A stretch of DNA of 62,583 bases, filler included. It is 4 parts of 4 records of this genome, joined end to end, with 100 filler letters (N's around TTAATTAATTAA, not from the genome) between each part and the next. Parts side by side here need not be neighbours in the genome. Positions count along the whole stretch, not along the records: positions 51,383 to 62,583 come from SRR20825019_3066; 3 more parts are not named here. One strand, written 5' to 3'. Of the stretch, positions 54,469 through 62,583 are shown one piece after another. Each line of letters opens with the position of its first letter. Position 1 is the first letter of the stretch. A program made the position numbers and the translations under genes. The notes beneath the pieces are model-generated. The model was not told where the DNA came from, ran no database searches, and worked only from the letters and a program-made list of their open reading frames with translations.

Positions 54469-55551
54469 ATGCATACGCCTTGGTCCTATCGAGGGCAATA
54501 TCTAGAAGTGTGTTTCTTTTTGGCATTAGTCGCTGCGTGGATGCTTCCAACGCAAGTACTGGCGGAGAAAACGAGCAATATTCTAAGCCCTTCAACTCAT
54601 AAAAGGTTTGATAGTTCCGTGGATTTTGGGGAGACCCCCATCTCTGCAGGTGCAGAGGTGGCTCCAGATGTACTCCTTGATCTTACCCAATACCACATGT
54701 TGGCAAGGAGTGCAACAGCAGTGAAGATTGGCCACACATCGAAGCACCTCGCTAAAAGAAAAGGGCGCGGAAGGAAAAAGAGTAGGAAGCGACGACGGAG
54801 TGACATTTATAGTGCAGAAGAAAAGCACGGAAAGGAACGACATGAGAGACTTGCTCATGGCAGTGCTTACAAGGCATCCCAAGGACAAGACCATGGTTGT
54901 GACTCAGAGCTACATTCTCTAACATACCGTGGGCGGGCGTACTGTGGGAAGACTCGACGTGAGGTTGAAAACGTTGCTTCAGACGTCACTAATGGCCCTA
55001 AACGGGGAAAGTCGAGGGGTAGGTCTGGCGCACGGAAGTCAAGGTCTTCTAGTCGGTCGACTTCAAGGAGCTCCGGCAAGAAAACCCAATCTTCCCGAAG
55101 AAGTAAATCTTCTTCCGCGGCTGGAGGCGCTGCAGCTGGTATTGCGGAGGGAGTTGCAGGAGAGGCCCTTGAGGGGGCTATGGGTGGGGGAGGAGGCGAG
55201 CCCGGACCAGCAGACGAGGGGAAGGACAAGGTGTCCGCGGGCGGTGATTCCAAGTCTTCTGGTACGAGCACCCCGAAAACGTCTGACTCCAAAGGATCAA
55301 GCTCTAGTTCCTCAAGCTCTCCTCAAGCAATTGGTGGCGCACTGTCCGTTGAGCAGACTGCTATCGAACAGCTCAGTTTTGCGTTAGACATGCAGGATGG
55401 ACTATTGGATGCCAGTCAACAACAACTTGACTCCATGTCACAAGAATTGGAGCGGCTCAAGGCGATGCAAAATAATAGGCTTGAAGGAGCCAAAGCGTCA
55501 ATGGGTCTTGTGGATCAAGTCGCTGGGGGTATGACAGGAAAGAAAGATTAG
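54469..55551 (+). CDS. Putative secreted K/R/S-rich protein with C-terminal coiled coil (360 aa)
   Basis: ATG 54469. Signal-like VCFFLALVAAWMLPTQVLA, polybasic and Ser/Gly-rich low-complexity middle, and heptad-like C-terminus. Intronless. Confidence 0.75.
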   Translation: MHTPWSYRGQYLEVCFFLALVAAWMLPTQVLAEKTSNILSPSTHKRFDSSVDFGETPISAGAEVAPDVLLDLTQYHMLARSATAVKIGHTSKHLAKRKGRGRKKSRKRRRSDIYSAEEKHGKERHERLAHGSAYKASQGQDHGCDSELHSLTYRGRAYCGKTRREVENVASDVTNGPKRGKSRGRSGARKSRSSSRSTSRSSGKKTQSSRRSKSSSAAGGAAAGIAEGVAGEALEGAMGGGGGEPGPADEGKDKVSAGGDSKSSGTSTPKTSDSKGSSSSSSSSPQAIGGALSVEQTAIEQLSFALDMQDGLLDASQQQLDSMSQELERLKAMQNNRLEGAKASMGLVDQVAGGMTGKKD

Positions 55552-55842
55552 TATGTCATTCAACACGAACTGAAGAATTGGATATTCGTGGATCCTGTGT
55601 TGATACCATGAGGGTTGCATCCCGAGAAATGCCAGCAACAGCAGCAGCAGGATTGGCGCGAGGAAGGGGTGCACACCTGTTGCACCTACTCGGTAAATGT
55701 GTGATAGCCCCTCCATGTACACGAGAACATTTCGATGTGGGGTCGTTCCTCAACATATTTGCATATGAAGGCGAAGTCTGGTTTAGAAATAAACATTGGG
55801 GTTCAGTTTAGTAAAAGTTAGTGAAAGTGAGGTAAGGTCTTT

Positions 55843-58053
55843 CTACAGTGTTGTTTGGAGATATTCAGGCCTCGATATTGCCCTCCGCATCTTTTCATCG
55901 CGCATCTGCGTCAGGCGGTCCAGTTCTACAGTGTACGTATGGCGAATAAAGTTCATCTCGTCCTTGATTCGACGAGACTGGTGCTTGTTACTCAAAGCCT
56001 TCAGCCTGGTAGGTCTCTCTTGATATGCCGATGCCTTGTGAGTAGTAAGATTCATTACAGTGTTTGAAACTACAACGCGCTCCTTCTCTCTCTCACTGGG
56101 CATTCCCTTGCTTGGAGAACTCGGTAATTTTTTTGTAGGAGATCTATCATCAATTCGACCAGCAGGTCTATTCCACAAAACCACCGGCTCATCCTGAATC
56201 TCTGTTTTCTTGATTCTCTGTTCTTTGGTTTTCTTCGGTTTGGACTTGGATCTTCCCTTGCGCTTAGCATCAGGAGAAGGAGTCCGCCACCTTCCGCCTT
56301 TTTCATACTGCATCGGCAGTTTAAGGCACAAATTCGATAGAACCAGAAAAAACTTACGTCGCTCTCATCAGAATCCTCGCCCGGGCTCGGACTTCGTCGG
56401 CGACCCTTTGGCTCCGGTGTGTCGGTCTAGCGTTACATCAATGTTAGCTTATTGCCATAGTTTCAACTTAAAGCACAAACCTTGCGGGTGGAGTATGGAG
56501 ACACATAATTGGTAGCAAAGCCCAAAGTGGTTTTTGGACGAGGAGGAGGCTCGTCCATGTTGGCCTTAGCAAGCTCCTTGTTCCGCAAATGATCAGATAT
56601 GGCCTTCGGGTCATGAATTGCGAGAGGAACTTCTTTTCCACCGTTGGCTTGGACAATGGAAGATTTGAGCATGGCTTCTTCTCTGTACAAACTTTAGCTC
56701 CATTTGAATTAATTTTCGACTGAAATACATACTTGAACTTATTGAGCCTCAAGAAGCAGAGATCACAAACTTTGACTCGTTGCCACCGGAAGGTCAAGTT
56801 TGTCTTCAAATTATTGTATTTCTTCTCATTGATAGTGGAGTGTGCTGCTTGAATGCTGGGTGGTACCACTTGTTCACGCTCGCTCTTGAGGTTAGATGTT
56901 CGTCGCATTTCGTCGAATCCAGTGATGATGGCGGAGTATTGGATGGGATGCACTCGATCCGGCTCTACATCTCTCATGTTAGAGATCACCACCACTTGGA
57001 CCATAATATGTGATGTACTTACGAACTAGTTTTTTGCAATTGGGACACTCGAAAGAGCGCACCAAACAAATTGGAGAGCCTTGTGTGCCCGTAGACGCTT
57101 CGAGCATGACCTTCTCAGGTACGAAAAGGTCCCTGGATATATTCAACGGAACCGTCGGTACTTCACGCCGTGTCAGAATGGTGCTAGGCTGTACTCGAAG
57201 CGAACTACACCAAAGGAGCCAAAGCTTGTCATCCGGACTAACTTTGAAGTGCAAAACCATGCGAATGATCTTTGTTTTGTTATGGGTACTGTGGGCAACG
57301 TGCCTGACAATATTGTGGCAAATAGTCTGAATGCGAGAAGCGATGAAGTCACCCCTCATGGGTACGGTATAGCATTGGTGCTCCAGCCCATCATATGTTA
57401 CAGCACGCTCATATAGATCATATCGCGACGCTCTCAAAGGTAACTTATTGATTCTTTTCTCTATCAAGCACACTCTTGGAGACCAGATTGCTCGGATAAT
57501 AACTATGCAAAATGTAAGCTGGAAGCTTCACAACAACAGACACGACCTACAGTTATGTTTGCCTTTAGGAGGTACAAACTTTTGCAGCATTCCGTCATTG
57601 ATTTTCTTTCGATGGAAGAGGAAATCGTCTAGTCCGGTTACATAAGCAAGAAATCGCGAGGGAAACCAAACGAAACTTACTTAGCGAATCCTGGTCTAAA
57701 TATTCTATTGTAGCACTTTCTGGGTCATCTTCGTTCACCTGTGGCTTTCTCGCAATATGAAAAGCAACTAATTCACATGTGTCATTCTTGTCACTCTTTC
57801 GCACAAACCCATCATATATGCCCTGATTGTTGAGTTTGTTTTTGCTGCGCTTTCGTATTTGCCCATCAACCATAGAAGAGTAAAACCAATAAGCCGGCTG
57901 TCGATACTTGTACAGTAGTGTGTCCGGAATCAGGACGTTAGGGCATGTGTGGGCAACATCATTCCCATCTGCATCTTGACTCATCACCTTGGTCCATAGG
58001 AGATGGTTCAAGTTTTCGACCACACCGTCACCTTCCAGGGGAAAGCTCGTCAT
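55843..58053 (-). CDS. Multi-exon hypothetical protein
   Basis: ATG 58053. ORF pieces 57595-58053, 56979-57473, 56468-57004, 56463-56690 and 55843-56331 lie in tandem with short GT-AG gaps. Ordered N-terminal part (IPDTLLY, TIEYLD, LQKFVPPKG, IRAIWSP, YERAVTYDG), two CxxC motifs (CPNC, CDLC) and a basic tail. Confidence 0.7.
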
Positions 58054-58990
58054 AGTGCAGATCCCTTGGTGGCCCCCTTCTTTTGCACTCCTTCAGGTGG
58101 CAAACTTTACATATTTAACTTTTGTCTATGGACGCTATGCGCCGGTCTCTCAGTGTGCCGGAGCTTGTTAGGGCCTGTCACTAATGGTCGGCCTCCACGG
58201 ATGATAGTCTCATGGACGCGCCGGGGGCTCGGCGGGCTAGCTGGTTGAATCTCACATCGGTCCGTTGCAACGAGCCCTAAACATGAACCTGAGGCCACCC
58301 TGCCCTAGCAGTACTGCCCTAGCTGCTGTGAGTAACTCCAAGTGTACTCGATTGGTGTCATCCGGTAACGACTATTTAATATGTGATTATGTTCAAGATT
58401 AGTACGTTGTTGCATTATTATGGGTACACTCAGCCCGGGCCTCCTAATCAGTCCCGTGCCCGACCCCGGGGCCGGCCGCCGGCGGCGCGGCCAGTCCGGT
58501 CACCGGGCAGCCGCGGCAGCCTGGCCGGCCGAGGCCCTCCCGGCTCCGCGCGGCAGCCTGTGAGCCGGTGGGAACGTCACGTGCGGGGTTGGGGCACGGC
58601 CGGGCCATTCTGGTTGCCCGGGCCGAGCCGCGGCCCGCCGGACGTCGCGTCAGGCGTGAGTGTCGGACACCGCCGGCAAGGGACCGGCCGCTCACGCGCC
58701 GATTCCGGCTGCGTGTCGCCTGGCCGCGCTTCGACGCCGACAGTGAGGCTTGTGGTCATTCACGCGGCCGTTCAGTTGAGAAGGCCGGCGACCAAACTAT
58801 GGGGCAATTGGGAGGCTCTATCTGCGACGGGCGACCCGGACAGGCCACTGGCAGGCGCTCACTGACTCCACGCCGCTGACTCCGCCTGTTAGTTTGATAT
58901 TGTACTTGAGCTCACAATAATGTTGGCCTTAAGTAGTTGGCAACTCCATCGATACAACGTTCGCCAGGTGGCAAATCAAAAAAGTCATCT

Positions 58991-61203
58991 ATGGGTAAAA
59001 AGAACAAGAAGCATAAGTCAGGTGGGTCAGACGCTTTGTCAGCACCTAGTAGTGAGAAGCCCCAGCCAAAACGAAAGTATGATGAGAGTAGCGATGATGC
59101 TCCCAAAAAGAAAAGAATAACCACGAAAACTGATGACGTCGGGGAGCTTTCATTTGAGTGGGCCATCGATCCGGTACCACTTTCTACTTTCGAGGATGAA
59201 TACTTTGAGAAAGAGTCTCTCACCGTAAATAGAGAAAACCCATACTTCAACTTTCCAGAGCTGGGGAGTATTGATGACTTCTTCTCCTTGATAAATGGAA
59301 GCGGTGTCATATTCGGGACGGATTGCGATATCCTGAAATATACACACTCAAGTGAAGATCTTTCTCGGAAAAATCTGGTCGGTATTGGAAACAAGGCAGC
59401 GGCACTGAAAGAATACAAGAATGGTTACTCTGTGAGAATCAAGAATTTACATCTCTTTTCCAATAGCGTCCGGCAAATGCTGGACAAGATAGGTGCGTTG
59501 TGCTATCTCCGCAGACAACACAGTCTGGCTTACTCATGTTTAGATGCCTTCTGGGGTGCAAAGGGAGCAAAAGCGGTCGCGTACGCGATGCCCGCCCATG
59601 GTGAGGCAGTCCCCCCTAGTTATGATGTGCAGGATTGCTTGTTGCTGCAAATATCTGGAGCTCAGAAGATCCGCTTCTATGAGCCCGCTGAAGGAGATAC
59701 ACAGTTATCCCTTGCCCCTTGCCCAGACTTAAGCAAGGATGAAATTGGCAGCCCTAGGAAACTAGTTCGGTTGAGCGCTGGTGGGACCTGCTACATTCCG
59801 CGTGGAAGCATTTATCGTTGCGCTGCTGTGGCAGACTCTCCAGCTCTATTTATTGTTGTATACATTGGCAACCGGTATTTTGGCTGATAATGTTGAAGGT
59901 GTGGAGGTCACTGAACTTTGGCGCAGGCCAACATGGTATGATATGCTACAGGAAATGATTGTCCAAACCATGAAAGAGGACACATGTCAGTAATACCACG
60001 GGTCAATAGTGTTCTGTACGTTTGCTGACATAATTTCTAGTGCAAAACAGGAGAGCTCTCCCGCGTGGATTCTTTGAGTATATGGGAGTAACAAAAACAG
60101 ATGACGAAACAAACCTCGACAGGATCGGCTTTGTGCAGACTGCTGGGTCGCTTGCATTGAAGGCACTGGACAAGTCAGAGCAATATATTGATGTTGCTGG
60201 TACGTCCATGCTATCGTATGCATGATATTGCTATGCTGATGTCTTCTTTGACCAGCTGAAGTTGTTGGATTGAGAACTGGGTACGGTGTTTCGGACTTTC
60301 AGCTTGGAATGGACGAGCTTCCCTCAGGCAAGAAGCTGCGAGAGGAGCTGCGCCGTTCAGGTGAGCATGGTTTCTCCTACCCTACCATGTTGATCATTAC
60401 TGAGAGAGCATGTTCCAGGAGGGCTGGTGAAGGTTAAGAACTTTTTGCCCGTTGAAACGGCCGAAAGGATATTGGCCACTCTTGAGAATATTAATTCTGA
60501 GGGATGGGCATCAACGGAAGCATATGAAGACCATAAGGAGAACAACATTAATCATGCATTTTTGTCGACAAAACGGTTTCCTAACGCAGATGTGATCTTT
60601 CGCACCTTCAAGCAAATGTTTCCAGACCTTCCAAGTGTATTCTCCGCGGCTAAGGTATCAAAGACTATGGTGTAAAGCTGCCTTGTCGTGTTGACGAGCA
60701 AGCAATATTTGCAGTATCAACAGAGCCACAACATAGAACCACATGACGATCGTGCTTACAAAGACTTCTACGGAGAAACGTACTCAAGGTACGACAGTGA
60801 GAGAGCCGTGACCTCATGTCTTCTTAGCCCGAATCCCTGTGCAGAGATATTGCTCTGATATACTATCTGACGAAAGACTGGAGTGAAGCTGATGGAGGTA
60901 CTGACTTCAAGTGCTGGCCGAGACACTGATATCTAATGCCCTTCCAGGCTGCCTTAAGGACTTGAAAACAGGCAAAACGTATGTACCGGAGTTCAACTCC
61001 ATCGTTGCATTTGAGGTTCCCCGTTACCATGAAGTGACCCCTGTCGCCTCCTACAAGAAAGCACGTTTTTCACTATTTGGGTGGTTTCACACCAAAGGTA
61101 GCGTGACTAAAAATGCAGTTGTACATTCGTAGCTAGCTTAACATGTCTCCAATATACAGGTGAAAAATATGATCTGTACAAGGGTGACGATGAGGAAGAA
61201 TAA
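58991..61203 (+). CDS. NO66/RIOX1-like JmjC domain (degenerate iron ligands) fused to a C-terminal 2OG-Fe(II) oxygenase (OGFOD1/PHD-like); 10 exons
   Basis: ATG 58991. Nine GT-AG introns of 50-62 bp (59493-59543, 59875-59926, 59986-60040, 60200-60255, 60361-60418, 60655-60714, 60789-60844, 60898-60947, 61098-61159) give one open frame to TAA 61203. NO66-like motifs: FEWAIDP..F..EYFEK, GYSVRI, LLQISG, YIPRG, TWYDML, RRALPRGFFEYMG. C-terminal motifs: IEPHDD, IYYLTKDW..DGG, P.FNSIVAF, YHEV, RFSLFGWF. Confidence 0.8.
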
Positions 61204-62525
61204 ATCTTCGACAACCGAGCGTTCTTCGGGGTTATGATTATTCACTGAAGCTTTCTTTTCAGAGTCAGACCACTAGCTTTGCAAGTTCTGACGAGACAAT
61301 TGGTTGTATACTGAGGAGCTTTCAACCTCCAAAAACCAAAAGTGTGAAGCCCATCACCATGCAGCAAGCACCAACGTAAGGGCTTAAGCGTTCTCCTGCA
61401 ACTTCTTTAGACCATAAAACGCGAGTAACAACCTCAAGCTCGTACCAATTCTTGCACTCTTCCAAAACAACCCCCGAAACCTGTGGCAAATGTCACTATT
61501 TCCATATCAGGTCTATAAATCTACAACACGCATACCCTTTCTTATGACTATCGAGAATTGCAGGGTACTTCTCGTGGATGTATGCACAGGTGCATATCAA
61601 AAGCAGGATAACCTGCAGCATACTGAAAAAATTGAAGAACGCAGACTACAGGTACATGATTAGTGAAGGTCTAGTGAATTATACAACACTTCATGGTTTA
61701 CCATATTGGACTAGCGTTATCGCTTTCATCCGGCTCGTCCTTCCAGTTATATTAGGGTAGTTGCGCATCGTAGCGGGGACTGGACACGGCGCTCGTTGAA
61801 GGCACACCGTCCCCGGCAGGCGGGCCCCGGCGTGGGGCGCCATGACATGCGTGGCTGCGTCCGGTGAGCTCGTGAGGCACCCGGCGGGCCGGCGGCCAGA
61901 CGACCCTGACCGTATGCACCGGGCCGCGCCGGGGCCGCCGGGGGGGGCCACCTGACCGCGCCCCGGCGGGCGGCGGCCCGGGCCGCCGGGCCGGCCCACC
62001 AAACCTGGCTGACCCGCCGGAGGACCCGCCGGCCGCCGCCCGGCCTCGCGGCGCGGCCGGTGGCCGCCGTCCGGCGCCCCCCGTCCGGGCCGGCAGCGGA
62101 GCCTGACTCGCAGCTGGCCGGGCCGGCCCGGCAGTGGACTCAGCTCGGCGCGGCGGGTCAGGTGCCCGGCGCGGCCCCGGGACTGAGCCGCGAGCCCGCG
62201 TGAGTGCCGACCGGGTAGGCGGAGCCACCAGGGCATGGCAGTGAGTGGCTGCGGACAGGACGGAACTTATTAAGGAGCGGCGGCCCGGCCCCCGGCCCGC
62301 CGGCACGCGGCCCGGCCGGCCACCCGTGGCGTCAAGGGGGGGCCGCTGGGCGGTGCCGGCCGGCCGGGCGCTGTCCCGGTGCGCGAGCTCACCCACCCCG
62401 ACCACCCAAGTGAGGGTGTACCTCTGGTACGGCCCGGTGCCCCGCCGGGTGGTCGCGGCCCCGCATACACTCGGGACTGCGTTCAAGCACAGAGCGTGAA
62501 GGCATTTTCAGTAAACTGCTTGCGT

Positions 62526-62583
62526 GGTGTGTGTGTGTGTGTGGTTAGGGAGAAGCAGGGGGGGGGGGGGGGGGGGGGGGGGG
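62526..62583. repeat. (GT)n microsatellite and poly-G contig end
   Basis: gtgtgtgtgtgtgtgt followed by a terminal G run. Confidence 0.85.

Noticed and set aside
61691-62499. Ala/Gly/Pro/Arg-rich ORFs in GC islands (also 4017-4427, 27141-27701, 53957-54349, 58383-58879)
   Set aside because: Stop-codon depletion in extreme-GC low-complexity DNA explains them; there is no protein-like composition.

Overview
This window is not one contiguous locus. It is four contigs joined by three identical artificial 100-bp linkers (N44-TTAATTAATTAA-N44) at 29314-29413, 39527-39626 and 51283-51382. Contig 1 (1-29313) and contig 4 (51383-62583) are eukaryotic and protist-like. They show short GT-AG introns (mostly 50-70 bp) with branch-point motifs, GC-rich intergenic islands, and homopolymer or microsatellite ends. 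Contig 1 encodes a multi-pass membrane protein, a GATA factor, a signal-peptide protein kinase, a DMT transporter, a GST, a secreted phospholipase D, a PhyH-dioxygenase/guanylate-kinase fusion, a P450, an intron-rich unknown gene and a subtilase. Contig 4 encodes a membrane protein, a head-to-head pair of secreted paralogues with a shared C-terminal coiled coil, a conserved-looking unknown protein, and an apparently dead NO66-type JmjC domain fused to an intact second 2OG-Fe(II) oxygenase. Contig 2 (29414-39526) is an alphaproteobacterial catabolic region (Gfo/Idh/MocA, ggt, BKACE, SDR, MDR, membrane patatin-like lipase, enoyl-CoA hydratase, pcaF). Contig 3 (39627-51282) is a Rhizobiales-type housekeeping region (miaB-phoH-ybeY-corC-lnt-XRE-metK-trmB, Hsp20, nucleoside hydrolase, ribokinase). 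The most novel-looking signals are in the eukaryotic contigs, and several only appear after manual splicing. All family assignments come from motif recognition; no database searches were run.
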